Shown piece by piece: positions 24,801 through 39,800 of a stretch of DNA of 64,000 nucleotides; the first letter of the stretch is position 1, and every line of letters starts with the position of its first letter. The notes beneath the pieces were generated by a model. That model did no database searches, had not been told where the DNA came from, and was given only the letters and a program-made list of their open reading frames with translations. The stretch lies in assembly GCF_004010195.1 (NCBI RefSeq), contig NC_057719.1, positions 39,077,506-39,141,505 on the forward strand, in the 5' to 3' direction. Source of the stretch: Chiloscyllium plagiosum. Its lineage: Eukaryota. The translations under genes and the position numbers were made by a program.

Positions 24801-27800
24801 GTGCTGCTTGACAGCACTATTAATGACTTCTTCCATCCCTTTTAGATTAGATTAGATTCTCTACAGTGTGGAAACAGGCCCTTCAGCCCAACAAGTCCAC
24901 ACTACTCCTCCGAAGAGAAACCCACCCAGCCCCATTCTCCTACCTTATATTTACCCCTGACTAACGCACCTATCACTGGGGTGAATTTAGCATGGCCAAT
25001 TGACCTAACCTGCACATCTTTGGATTGTGGGAGGAAACCGGAGCACTCGGAGGAGAATGTGCAAACTCCACACACACACAGGTGGGAATAGAATCCAGAA
25101 CCCTGCTGCTGTGAGGCAGCAGTGCTAACCACTGAGCCACTGTGCCGTCCTTTACTGATGATCAAGAGTGGACAAACATGATAGTAATTGACTGGGTTGG
25201 ATTTGTCCTGAATTTTATATGCAGAATAACACTCATCAATTTTAAATGTTATTGGAATATGCCAGTGTTTATATTTCTGGAGCATAAATCTTCAGTACTG
25301 TTAGCAGTATGTTTCAGAGCCCATAGCCTTTGCAGCATTCATTGCTTTCAGCAATTTCTTCATCACATGAGGTGAAGTAATTGGCTGAAGGCTCACATCT
25401 GTACTGCTCAGGACCTTTGGAGGAGCCTGAGATGGCGCATTAACTCTGCTCTTCTGGCTGAAGGTTGTGGTGGCAGTTGTTGATGCAGATGTTTCAGCCC
25501 TGTCGTTTCCACTTGTTTGGGCTCTCTCTCCATTTGAGAATGGAGATATTTGTGGAGCCTACTCCTTCAGTGAGATGTTTAATCCTTTTACCACTATTTA
25601 GGACTGGATTTGGCAACTCTGGAGAGCTTAGATGCTAATCTTTGTTTGTGGAATTGCATAGTCCTATCTGTCATTTGCTGCTTATGCTGTTTTGGCACAC
25701 AAGTAGTCCTGTATTTGCAGCTTCACCAGGTTGATGCCTCATTTTAGGTACACCTGGTGCTGATCGTGGCGTGCCCTTTGACCCAGACTTGATCCCTCGG
25801 CCTCAGAGTAATGCAATATTCAGGCAGTGGGTTTGAAACTTTTGTTTTCTATTTAGCACAGAGATGGTGCCACATGGCATGATGGAAATTATCCCCAGTG
25901 GGGGTACATGATCTCTAAGGACTGTGTGGTGGTCACACCTACTGATACTGTCATGGATAGAGCATCTATGATAAGGGGAGTGGTCCTGCTATTGGGACCA
26001 GGCATAACCAGGGATGATGGTGTTACCTGGGGCATGTAAGGTCTGATTGTGATTATGGCCATGTTGGCTGTTGTTTAACAACTCCCCTAATGTTACTAAT
26101 AGCTCCCAGAACTTAGCAAGGAGGGCTTTGCAGGGTGGACAAGGCTGTTAGCTGTTGTTGCTTATGGTGCCTAGGTTGATGCCAGGTGGTCAGTCCCATT
26201 TTTTTTCTTTTTTTCTTCTTGTTGATGGCTTCATGAGTATTTTCCTTGACCATTTCAGAGAGCAGTCACAAGTCAAACACTTTGCTATAGGTCTGGCATC
26301 TTTGTAGGTGTAACCAAGAAAAGACAGCAGATTTCCTTTCTTAAATGGCATTAGATTGTATTTTTTTTAAAGTCAAGAATGGTTTCATGGTCACTGTTAA
26401 ACCTATAATTCCAAACATTTTTTTAAAAATTCAAATTCCACCAATGTCCTAGTCCACGTAGCAGAGATCCTAGCAATGTATTAATAGTCTGACGACAATA
26501 CTATGACACCATTAATCTCCTTCACTTTCTATGTCCAGTGAAATACTTTTTCTAAAACGTTAGTGGGCGGCACAGTGGCACAGTGGTTAGCACTGCTGCC
26601 TCACCGTGCCAGAGACCCAGGTTCAATTCCCGCCTCAGGCGACTGACTGACTGTGTGGAGTTTGCACATTGTCCCCGTGTCTGCGTGGGTTTCCTCTGGG
26701 TGCTCCGGTTTCCTCCCACAGTCCAAAAATGTGCAGGTTAGGTGAATTGGCCATGCTAAATTGCCCGTAGTGTTAGGTGTAGGGGTAAATGTAGGGGAAT
26801 GGGTCTGGGTGGGTTGCGCTTCAGTGGGTTGGTGTGGATTTGTTGGGCCTGTAAGTAATCTAATCTGTGGTTGGTACCACCGTTCCAAGTGCCTTCAAAT
26901 TCTTGGTTTCTTTGCAGAGGCTTTAATGGCCCAAACAATTAAACTTCATGACAATGGAGTGATTCATCAGTGAGGAAAGCAAGCAATATTTGGAATACTT
27001 CAGGCTTAGCACAGATCATGGTAGTCTCCATCCATACTCATCTGAAATTGAACAACCTGAAGACATGGAGGACAGATCGCTTTGAAAAGATTACAGCTTA
27101 ATAAGCACATTCACATTTGTAGATGTACTCCCTTCAATATTGAGCTCCATCTACACTTACCAGGAATGTGCATGATGCACGATGATACTCATCACATGAC
27201 GTTTGCAATGGTTCCGTCACTCTTTGACTTAACATGAAAGGAAGCAGTACAAATTTCACATGACTGTGATAGAACATCACCTAAGCTATTATCTACATTA
27301 ATAAACAATTGCAGGTCCGGGAGTTAAATTCCATACGTTCCAACTCTATTTTTAATCCCTGCCCTCCCTTTCATTGATCATGCAGGCTTGCCCCGGTCAC
27401 TCAAGTGTTTCCTTTCTTCCTGGTGGTGGAATATAAATAAAGATTTACACATTTTAAAAAAAACCATACATTGTCAAATAGGGATTCTCAGACATCCACA
27501 TTATTCTTAGAGAAAATGATCTGTTACTAACTGCACAAAAGAGCTATTAGTGATGGCAACACTAGATTTCAGCAATTTTCCCACCCTGAATAAATAAGAA
27601 ATCCCCCAGTGTTTCAGTAAATGCACAGGAAAATCAATAGAAGATGGTAAAAATAAGAGATAAAGAACAAATTAGTTCTCAACCTCCATATTCTTGTGTG
27701 CTTCAATTTTTGTAGCATAAACAAATTTCATCACAATATATGGTCACACTCTGCATTGAGAATGCTATGATTATTGTGCTGCCCACTGTTCTATCACTTG

Positions 27801-30800
27801 TAGATGTGTTCCAGCAACAAGCAGGAAGAAGAATCCCTGACCCTGTTTTAGGGCTGAATAACTCCTCCTCTGATGATTGTGCATAGGTTATGATTTCTTT
27901 ATGTCGGCTATACAGTAGTATAGATGATAGGCATGAACCTTGAGGGGGAGAAATGCCAGAGAGTTTGCATAGCATAATCATTTTAAATGCTGGATATACC
28001 AATGACATGGCACACTGACCAAAGTGTAAGGTGATATCTATCCTTCTCTGATGGCACTTGGACAAGTCTCAGTGTTGACAAGTAGGAGGTTTGTAGAACT
28101 TGTGTGGACAACTAAAGATGTGAAACTGTTTGAAACCTATAAATACCAGCTTATTGTAATCATATGCCTTGCTCTATCTAAGCACCATATGATCTATATG
28201 TCCTTGTTTGTTATTATCTGCCTGTACTGCTCACACAACAAATCTTTTCACTATACATAGGTACATGTGACTACAATAAATCAAATCAACTCTTGATCTG
28301 TCGGTTAAGATTTTAATTGGTATTTTTCAAGGCCTAAACACTCTCAATTTTTTGAAAGTTTGTTAATTTATAATAGGTTGCTATCATTGAAGCTGAACTG
28401 TTCTGAGACAGATGTTCTAGTGATCAACTAGATTTGCTTATACAAAGGAAGTGATAGTATGTGCGCAGCTATTACAAGATGAAAAAAGAGTCAACATTTT
28501 AACATTAATATTCTATGAACTGTAAATTTAACAATCACCTGAAATTATTGAATCTGTGTAGTTCAATCATAAAGTCACATCAAATGTCAAGGTTTATAAG
28601 TGAGAGAATTTTGGCCCTCTGAATTTACAGGTGATAATTTCAAACTGGATGAAAAATTCTTTGGAGGAAGAGAAGACAAAATTGCTTGAATTTGAAACCC
28701 GAGAGCCAGAATTAATGATGGATTGTTACCATTCTAATATGGCCTATGATATCACTCAGGTAAGCATCCCAACATTCCATACTTCAGTATATGCAAACAG
28801 AAGAAAGCCATTCAGCAACTCTTGGCTTGTTCAAAGGTTCATTGTGATTAGAGTTGACCAGTAACCTAATGCCATCCACATTATTGATTTCTAATGCTTA
28901 GCTAACAAAAATCTATCAATGTCCGATTTAAAATTTTTAATAGAGCAATTTTGAATGTTCTTTCTCTGGAACTCCTTTTGTTCTCTGGAACTGTAATTAC
29001 AGTTCAGAAGGTGGTGGTGGGATTGGCTTGTTGAACTACTGTTGGAATGTGGATGCACCCTACAGTCCTGTTTGGAGGAAAATTCCAGGATGTTTCCTCA
29101 GCAATAATGAAAGAACGTTAATCCGGAACCACGCGTGATTTATGATTTAGAGGGGAGCTTGCAGATACTCCCATGTGGCCCTTGGCCTGGATAGTAAGAT
29201 TTTATGGGTTTGGAAGATACTGTCAAAGGAGCCTTACCTACAGACTTGTCAGTCAGGAACAGGAATAGGCCATTCACCCCATTGGACCTGTTCTGTCATT
29301 CAATAAAATCATGGCTGATCTGACTAACCTCAAATCCACAGTCCTACCTGCCCAGATGGTAACTTTTTTCAAACCTTTGCTTAACAACCATCTATCCACC
29401 TATACGTTTTAAAAATATTCAAATACTTTGCTTCACCATCCTTTTTCGGGAACAGAGTTCCAAAACCTTGTAACTCTCCAAGAAAAAAAATCACCCAATG
29501 TGTTCTAAATGGACAGCCTCTGATATTTTTAAATAGTGATTCATACATAGAACATTACAGTGCAGTACAAGCCCTTCGGCCCTCGATGTTGTGCCACCCT
29601 GTCATACTAATCTGAAGCCCATCCCACCTACACTATTCCATGTACGTTCTTATGCCTATCCAATGACTACTTAAATACACTTAAACTTGGCGAATCTACT
29701 ACTGTTAGATTACCTACAGTGTGGAAACAGGCCCTTTAGCCCAACAAGTCCACACCGACCCTCCAAAGACCAACCCACCCAGACCCAGTCCCCTACACCT
29801 AAAACTATGGGCACTTTAGCATGGCCAATTCACCTAACCTGCACATTTTTGGGCTGTGGGAGGAAACCAGAGTACCTGGAGGAAACCCACGCAGACTTGG
29901 GGAGAATGTGCAAACTCTACACGGACAGTTGCCTGAGGCAGGAATTGAACCCAGGTCTCTGGCGCTTTGAGGCAGCAGTGCTAGCCACCGTGCCACTCTA
30001 GTTCTAGATCTGTTCAGAAGACGAAGCCTCTTTTCCACATCTAATCTTTCAAGATGCCTCAATGTTCATTTCAACTAACGTATCTCTTCCTCTTCTAAAC
30101 TCCCAATGGATGAAAGTCTAACCCTGAGCAACCTTTCCTCCTAAGATGAACCATGCATGTTAGGCATTAGTCTCATAAACCTTCTCTGAACTCCTCCAAC
30201 TGCTGTCCTTCCTTAAATAAGGTATCCAAAAATGTACAAAGTAACTAATGTTCTGTTGAACTGAAGCAAAGCCTCCCTTCCTTGGTATTCAATTCTCTTT
30301 GCAATATATGATAACATTCTATTCGCTTTCTTAATTATTTTATGTGCTTGAATACCCTCCCTTTGAGATTTTATGCCTGAAGATATTAGATTCCTCTGCA
30401 TCTCAGAGCTCTGAAATCACTCTACTTGGAAATTATGCTACTTTTTTATATTTCCTGCCAAAATAAGCAGTTTGTTATTTTCCTATAGTATATTCAATTT
30501 GCCACCTCTTTACTTGCTCGACCTATATTTTTGTAGCTACCTTGTGACTTCTTTCACCAGTTACCTTCCTACTTATATCGTGTCATCAGCGAACATAGCA
30601 GCTGTCCCTTCATCCAAGTAACTTATAGAGTCATAGAGATGTATAGCACGGAAACAGATCCTTCAGTCAAACTCCTCTGTACCAATCCAATATCCCAACC
30701 CAATCTAGTCCCACCTGACAGCACCTCTTCTCTATCCTATCTACCTGCAACTCTACTGTCAAGGAACTATGAACCTGCACTCCAAGGTTTCTTTGTTCAG

Positions 30801-33800
30801 CAACACTCCCCAGCGCTTTACCGCTAAGTGTGTAAGTCCTGCTAAGATTTGCTTTCCCAAAATGCAGCACCTTGCATTTATTTGAATTAACCTCCATCTG
30901 CCACTTCTCAACCCATTGGCCCATCTGATCAAGATCCCATTGTAATTTGAGGTAACCTTTGCTGTCCACTACACCTCCTATTTTGGTGTCATCTGCAAAA
31001 CTTACTAACTATACCTCTCATGCACACATACAAATCATTTATATAAATGACGAAAAGTAGTGGACCCAGCACTAATCCTTGTTGCCTCCATATAAATTGC
31101 AAACAGTTGACATCCCAGTATTGGTTTGATTTATTTTCACGTATTTTGTTAGAATGTACAATAAAGAATGTTAAAGTGTCGCCAGTCTCAAGAACCATCT
31201 TAAAGCACAGAAAAATAACCCAAAACACTGAATATAGAGATGGACAAAATGAAGAAAGTGTTCAACTTTATAGTCCTCCTTGTGAAAATGGGCCTGGAGG
31301 CCAGACACTAGTCCACTTGGCCACCACTGCTGGCATGAAAGTCGCCACTCTTCAGTGCCATCTTGCGTCCACCAACATGCTCGCCATTGAGACCTTGATG
31401 GATCTTGCCAATGTAGATGCCACTAATGCTGCCAGGTACTGCGCCAACCCAAACTCTACTCCACTGCCACCATGAATCTGCTTTGGGCCCACCTCACTGC
31501 TGCTGATGTCACTGGGTCTCTTGCTGGGCCCAAACTTGCCTCCGTCTCCATGAGTATGCGCAGACTTCGCTGGAACCCAAACACACCTCAGCTACAGCAG
31601 CCGACAGTTAGTGCTAGGACTGCCTTGACAAGCAGAAGCCACTAGGAACCCAAACATGGCTTCATGCTGATGGGCCTATTTGCTGTCACTGTGACAGAGC
31701 TCTTCAATAAGCAGTAAGTAGAGAGAAAAGAGAGGGTGGAACAAACACAGAAATGAAAAGAAAAGCAGCAATAGGTCTGAGCAAAAGAGGCCCGAGCTCA
31801 GGTGGCACACTGCTTGTTATGTCTTGCCACCCCAAAAAAGACCGATTTACACCTACTAGGAAAAAGTGAGGACTGGAGATAAAGGACTTATGCCCAAAAT
31901 GTCAATTCTCCTGCTCCTCAGATGCTGCCTGACTGGCTGGCTGTGCTTTTTCAGCACCACACTCTTTTTGACCTATTTACACCTGCTGTCTACTACTTGT
32001 ATTGGAAAGTTGTTGCAGTGGAATTTGCTACTGACTTTGGAAGCAATGTGTGCCATTACAATAAACAAAAAACTGCAGATACTGGAAATCAACAACCGAA
32101 ATTACTAGAAAACCTCAGCAGCTTTGGCAGCATCTGTGGAGAGAAAATAGAATTAACATTTTAGGTCCAGTGACACTTCCTCAGAACTGCACCCGAAATG
32201 TTATCTCTGCTTTCTCTCAACAGATGCTGCCAGACTTGCTGAGTTCTTTCCAGCAATTAATGTTTTTGTACCAGTATATCCTCTAAAGTGTAGTCTCCAG
32301 TATAATGCAGATCTAAACTGTAACAATTTATCAGGTTTTTTTTCAAACAAACCTTGCTGTATTGTATTAACTTAAGTTGCTAATAAAGTCCTCTGAGACA
32401 ATTTCATAGCATCCAAAACAAGCTACTTATTCTTTGAAAAATGTTATAGAAAATATCAGGAATTTCTATGGCTGCAGCAACATCGCCCTCTAGTTATCAC
32501 CACTAACATTACATGAGCTTTTTTCGATTATGCTTTGTACCTGACTTCTGCATTTTAATGAACTCTGTATAAAGATCCACAAATTTCTTTGGGTCTTCAA
32601 CATTCTTAGCTTCAATATCACTTGAATAATAAATGATTTTTTTTGGTTCTACACAAACAAAGTCACACTTTTTTCTGCATTTAAATCATTCTGGCACAGT
32701 TTTGTACACTTATTTAATCTATCAATTTTATGTTTTATGAGTACTTGCTCCTGCTTAATGCTATTTACTGTGCCATCAATTTTTGTCTTTTGACAATCTT
32801 AAATATTTGGTCTCTGTGTTATCTCAGTTACAAATACAGTGAGTAGTTAAGGTCTCTGAACAGATATTTTGTGGCACATCACTCGTTACTTCCTACCAAC
32901 CTTTTTATAACTTTTTTCACAATATACATGTTGCTGTCTAGGGCAGCACTTATTGCCCATCCTTAATTTCCCTTGAGAAGGGGATGATTTGATCTTCTTG
33001 CTTGAACCACATGTCCTGGGAGTGTATGCACATCCATAATGCTGTTAGGGAAGAAGTCTGCAGTTTTGACCAAGTGAAAGTGAGCAAACCGTGATAAAGT
33101 TCCAAGTCAGGATGGTGTGGCTTTTTTTATTTGGAAGAGAGCTGCCCTTGTCTTTTGAGGTGTTAAGAGGTCATAGTTTTGGATGGTGCTGGTGAAGAGA
33201 CCAGTTTGAGTTTCTTGCATTGCATCTTGTATATGATATACAAAATATGAAGGTGATACACTCTCACACTCCCCCACCCCACCCCCCAATACCATCACAA
33301 CAATATTGTTTCAGTGTTAGAATACATATTGGTGTGGGATAAATGCCACATTGGCCATCTCCAACGCAAAGTCAAGAACACTTTATTACAATCATGCACA
33401 CAAAAGACTTTGTCTCCTAATGCTCTTGCCCTCTGTCTGACTCTCTCATACTCTGTATGGAACCTATCACCTTTTCTCAGACACAGACTAGTGGACAAGA
33501 TCAGAAGTGAAAAATCAGATGAAGGCCTTGGGCTTATGAATTACAGTAACTTTATCTCCAACAAATCTATTAACCTTCTTAATTCTCCACAGCCTCTGTT
33601 AAGGAAAAGCATAGTAAATAATCATTGAGTTGTTAACAGAAAGGGGAAGGACTTGTCTCATCAACTTTATTAATTTTTCTTTGGAAAGGGTAAACAATAG
33701 AGCAGACTAAATTCTGCAGCTGCGAATTATTAAATTGTGAAGTCATTGTTGACTGTTGGGAAAAGTCATTTAGCTCACTTATGTCCTTCAGAGAAGGCAA

Positions 33801-36800
33801 TGTCGTTGATTCTCAACTGCTGTCTGAAATGGCATAGCAAACCACTTCAGCAGCATGGACCCTCCTCAAAATATACGCATATATTAATGAAGTAAACAGC
33901 CAACAAATCGAAAAGCAAATGTTAGAAGATAACTAAGCCTTACATATTGTCAATCTCCTACATCAATTCAGCAGTTTAACAGGGGAAGAAAATTTATGCC
34001 TATCAGCATCAAATGTCACCAAAACTGCAGGAGCTAGTGTTGACATTACCACTACACATTAACAGATGTGTACCCTAACTGGTGGCACTCCATAGTACAG
34101 CCCATGAAAAAGATTCACCAAATTATAAGATGGAACTTTGATGTGCCACTGCACAGAAATCACTTTGCAGCTCCAGTGTGCAAGTTCAGCTTGGATTCCT
34201 GACATCATTGACCTGGTAGATACCAATGACTCAACAGTGCCATTGTTACCAGTATGGAAAGATCTTAACATCATAACTATTTGGGAGATTCAATCCACAC
34301 CCATGGTGGTGAGAATGGAAGAGCCATAGGACTTTACTGTTCTAAGAGGAGAATGAAACAGAGATACCATCAGTAAGCAGATCAAGAACTACCACAAATA
34401 TGTATCAGAGAGAGCACTGTCAGAAATACATTGTAATACCTGGATGCCAGCAAAAGTCTCTAAGATATGCAGTCAGCCCCAGTTATATGAAGTAATTATC
34501 AATCATGTTGTTACATTGTGAAGGAACATAAATGACTCAGACCAAAGAATAAGATACCACTTTTGCACACACAGTAAAGAAAACTGATGGTATCCAGCAG
34601 TAAGACAACCAAGTTGCCAGCCAAGAACCAGTGAGAATAACACATTCCTCTCCAGATGCAAATAGTTTCACTTGATTGAGGGGAATTGGCAAACCTCCAA
34701 TGCATTATCAAAATTCTAGCTGTTTTGCATATTTAATTGTTGAATTGATGGTGTGCCTATGACTAATGATGTGTAACTTGTTGGGATTTCCTTTCTTTGA
34801 AAAAAGTGACATGTTATGTTATGCCTCACACTAGATGTGTGATATGTTTTAAAGTACATGTTCACGATGCCAGCATCATATCGCAGACTCCCATCTTGAC
34901 ATACTTTGTTCTCTTCCATTATGACACACTAACAGAAGCATGCTGCATTTCATCCAAATTGCTTAGGTTAAGCCAAGACATGCAAGTGTTTTGGTAGATG
35001 CTAGGTGCCTTAAGAATGTTTATTGCATTTTTCAGTACTATGTGACCTATGTCTTGTCCTTTGTATTACATGTGATAATGGTAGATCACCAATATTTGTC
35101 ACAAGTTGGCATAACACCTCATAAACCTGTACCGAGTTTTGGTTTGTATGCATACAGACTATTATTTACAGTCCTAGCCACCATATTGTAAAAAGCTGAT
35201 AGAGGCACTGAACACTGGGATACCAGAAGGTATACGAGGGTGAAGTATTTATCAAGGAAGTTTGGCATGTTGTGTCTTTTTTTCTTTGGAGAATGAAAAT
35301 AGGCTGAGCAGTGATCTAATGAAGGTCACAAATTTCTGAAATGTTTTGTGAGAGCTGATGCAGAGAAAATGTTTCTTCTTGGGGCATAAAGCATAATTGG
35401 AGGCCATTGATGATAAAATAATCACCAAGATATCTGTTAGGGACTTCAAAAAAAATGACCTTACATGCGGAGTGATAAAAATATGGAACCAATAACCACA
35501 GTTGAAGTAAATACTACCCATATATGAGGGCGAGGGTGTAGAGTATTAGAGTTGATAGATTTAAATGTGAAAAGCTGGGATGAGGTTTATGGGGAGCATA
35601 AATCTTGGGCAAGGCCAATGGCCTGTTTCTGTGCCATATGCCCTACATGCTTGGGAAGAGGGCTCAGTGTTGGGTGCTTTTCTATTATGGTGTAACTTAA
35701 TGGTTTAGATCTAAAAGTAGGAGGCATGAATGGAAATTTTGCACATGACACAAAAATAGCTGATAGTGAACAAGATGATCGTTGATTTCAAGGTGATATT
35801 AACGGTTTGGCTGAATCTCTGGAGAAGTGGCAAATGGAATTCAATCCAGAGAAGTGTGAAGTTATGCATTTGAGGAGGGCAAACAAAGCAAGAGAATACA
35901 TAACAAATGTTAGGAAAATGGGAGGGGTAGAGGAAGTGAAACCTAATTACATGTCCACAGTGCTCTAAAGGTGGCAGCACAAGTAGATAAGGTGGCAAAG
36001 AAGGCACATGAAATGCATTTCTTCATCAAAAAAGGTAGTGAATACAAAAGCAGGGATTTAATGCTGGGATTCACATCTGCGGTTTTGGTATATAGTTCTT
36101 CTCAATGCATTACAGGAAGGACAGAAATTCTGTAAATAGAATATGAAAGAAATTTGCAGGTATATTGCAAGGAAAGATAGAATGCTAGGGCTGTTTCCTT
36201 TTAGAATAGAGGAAGCTGCGAGTGACTTAATGCAGGCATATAAAATAATGAGAGATTTGGACAGAGTAGACAAGGAAGACCTGGTTCCCTGAGTGGAGGG
36301 GTCAGTTAGCACTGCACAGATTTAGAAAGAATGGAAGAAGGCTTAGAGGGAACTGGAGGAAAATCTTTCACCCACACTGTGGTAGATGTCAGGAAATTGC
36401 TGCCCTGTTTGGTAATCAAGGTAAAACACCAACCTAGTTTTAAGAAGAATCTGAATCTGAAGGTGAAGAGCTGTAACACTCAATATTACAGGCCAGGTGA
36501 TATCAAGTGGGGTTGGAGCAAGTGGCTAATCTATTCAGCTGGCACAAACATGATGGACTGACTAGTCTCTTGAAGAAATAACAAAGAGGATTGATGAGGG
36601 CAGAGCGGTGGATGTGATCCATATGGACTTCAGTAAGGCATTCAACAAGGTTCCCCATAGACTGATCAGCAAGGTTAGATCTCATGGAATACAGGGGGAA
36701 CTAGCCATTTGGATACAGACCTGGCCCAAAGGTAAAGGACAGAGGGTGGTGGTGGAGGGTTGCTTTTCAGACTGGAGGTCTGTGACCATGGAATGCCACA

Positions 36801-39800
36801 AGAATAGGTGCATGGCACACTACTTACCATCATTAATATAAATGATTTGCATGTGAACATTAGGAGATTTGTTAATAAGTTTGCAGATGACACCAATATT
36901 AGACGTGCAATGAAGGTTATCTCAGAGTACAACAATCAGATGGGCCAATGGGCTGAGGAGTGACGGATGGAGTTTAATTTTGATAAATACGAGGTGCTGC
37001 ATTTTGGAGTGCAGGTTCATAGATCCTTGAAAGTAGAGTTGCAGGTAGATAGGATAGTGAAGAAGATATTTGGTATGCTTTCCTTTATTGGTCAGAGCAT
37101 TGAGTACAGGAGTTGGGCGGTCATGTTGCAGCTGTACAGGACTTTGGTTAGACCACTGTTGGAATATTGAGCGCAATTCTGGTCTCCTTCCTATTGGAAA
37201 GATTTGTGAAACTTGAAAGGGCTCAGTAAAGATTTACAAGGATGTTGCCAGGTTTGGATGATTTGAGCTATAGGGAGAGGTTGAATAGACTGGGGGTGTC
37301 CTCCCTGGAGCATTGGAGGCTGAGGGGTGGCCTTTATAGAGGTTTATAAAATCATGAGGGGCATGGCTAGGATAAAAAGACAATGGCATTTCCCTGGTGT
37401 GGAAGAGTGCAGAACAAGAGGGCATAGGTTCAAGGTGAGAGGGAAAAGATACAAAAGGGACCTAAGAGACAACCTTTTCACGCAGAGAGTGATAAGTTTA
37501 TGGAATGAGCTGCCAGAGGAAGTGGTGGAGGCTGGTACAATTGGAGTGTTTAAAAGGCATCAGGTATCTGAATAGGAAGGATTTAGAGGAATATGGGCCA
37601 AGTGCTGGAAAATGGGAGTAGATTATGTTGGGATATCTGTTGGCATGGATAAGTTGGACCAAAATGTCTGTTTCCATGCTGTACATCTCTATGACTCTAT
37701 GACTAATAGGGTCCTTTGCAGCCATATGTGTAGCTTCTGGTATGGGCATTTACACCACACTGCAAGTCTGACTGACAGTCCTAAATTATCTCAACAAAAT
37801 TCTTCACATGCTCAGGAAAATATTGAGCAAATCTTGGCCCTTGCAGAATCAACAAGGTAATGCATGGCTTAGAAGGGTGGAAGCTGAGAAATTATTTCTG
37901 TTAGGCGGGGATACTAGGTATCATGGGCACAGCCTTAGGATTAGAGGGGATCAATTTAGAACAGAAATGAGAAGACATTTCTTCAGCACAAGAGTGGTGG
38001 GCCTGTAGAATTCATTGCCATGGAGCACAGTGGAGGCGGAGGCGTTAAATGTCTTCAAGACAGAGGTTAATAAATTCTTAATCTCACAAGGAATTAAGGG
38101 ATACTGGGAGAGTGCGGGTAAGTGGAGTTGAAATACCCATCAGCCATGATTGATTGGCAGAGTGGACTCAATGAGCCGAATGGCCTTCCTTCCACTCCTA
38201 TTTCTTATGGTCTTACGGTCTAACGTTTCTATGATGGCGCTTGAAAAATCTTCTTCACTTCCTGACAGATTTTCTGCTTCGTCTTCCTAGCCAAAGTGAA
38301 AAATAGAATTTGGATGAGCTTGTAGTTTGTCACACGTACTTTTAAATATTTAAGGAAATACACTCTCTGAAAAAGGGCTTAACTCATAAGGAGCTTTAGT
38401 AACTGTGGCTCTGTTTGACAAGTTTAGTCTCACTCCCTTCCTATCCTGAGCGATGTCAGGTGGCTAACTGTGGCAGTGCAGTGTGGTGGGAACACACTCT
38501 ACTTCACACCAAGCCCTCTTTCAGCCACTGATTGTTCACTTGCTCTGACTATTCACATTGTCCACCTCTAAGGCCGGACTCACTCGATGAGGGCTTTCAC
38601 ATTACTTTGTGGATCCCACGAAAGTCTCTGTTGCCTCCCAGCAGTCCACAGGCCTTTGTTTTGGGCACTGCTGTTTTAAATACATCTGTGGATACTTTTT
38701 GATTTGCTTAGTTCCTTATTCATTCAAATAGATTTCTCAGATATGACTTGTCTTTTTACATTAATGGATCTCTCTAATCAGCTCAAATTTACCTTAGTTA
38801 CTTGGAAACTCTTTTCTTAATTTAAATATTTCAATAACTTTTCTGCAACAAATGTTAGACTAATTACACTATTTTCCTGATTTGTCCCTCTCGCCATTTT
38901 ACAATAATGGAGCTATGTTTGCTACAATTTTCTGGCCTAAGTCTTAAACTGAGAGAAATTCAGAAAATTGTGGCAAAAGACCAACAATATTTTCACCCAT
39001 TTCTCAAAATAAAAACTCAGCTGGGTGTCAGTCATCAGGCCCTGGTCATTTTCTGACTTTAGTGCTGTTTTATTTTTGAATATGGTTTCATTGCTCACAT
39101 TGACTTCAGTAAGTTCTCTCATCTCTGAATTGTTACAGTGGTGAAGGCAGCCATTCAGCTCAGCATATCAGTGCCAGTTCCCCCGATATGAAATTTGCTT
39201 AGTGTCACTCAACTGTCTTCTCCTCATAGCCCTGCGCACACTCTTCCTTTTTGGATAAAAGTCTAATTTTCTTTGATTAAACCTCCACTCTCTCGGGCAG
39301 TGTGTTTCAGATGCTGAACCATGTTTTCATGGTGCCTTTGCTTCTTTTACCAATTATTTTAAATCTATGCTGCCTTTTCCCAATCCTTTCTCAAGAGAAT
39401 ATTTTCTCCCATTATACTCTGTCCAGGCCCTCTGGTGGAATCTTCTATTATTCAGGTTAAAATGGATGTGAAAGTTCAATTATCCCAGCCTGTGGTTATC
39501 ATCTTGACATATTTGGGATCAGAGTTGATAAAGGCTACTTGAACCTGGGCTGCAGGTAAACATTACGTTTTATTGAACATTGTCTTCTATGTACAGGAAA
39601 AGGCTTTTCACAAGCATAGTACCATCTCTCCATAGTCCAATTTGTCAAGTAATCCTGCACCACAGATGTAGACCACTCTTATTTACATAATTAGACATTT
39701 ACATATTTATTTACATATGACATTAATACTTTACACTGCACCTCTACCCAAATGTGTGACTTCATCGCTGGTTTACAAAGAGAATTGTTGTTGTGGTTTC

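Noticed and set aside
31047..31720. 142-aa ORF and GC-rich tract as an extra exon or gene
   Set aside because: Starts in CR1 sequence, is low-complexity, and is not needed for the exon 4-5 phase join; probably an unclassified repeat.
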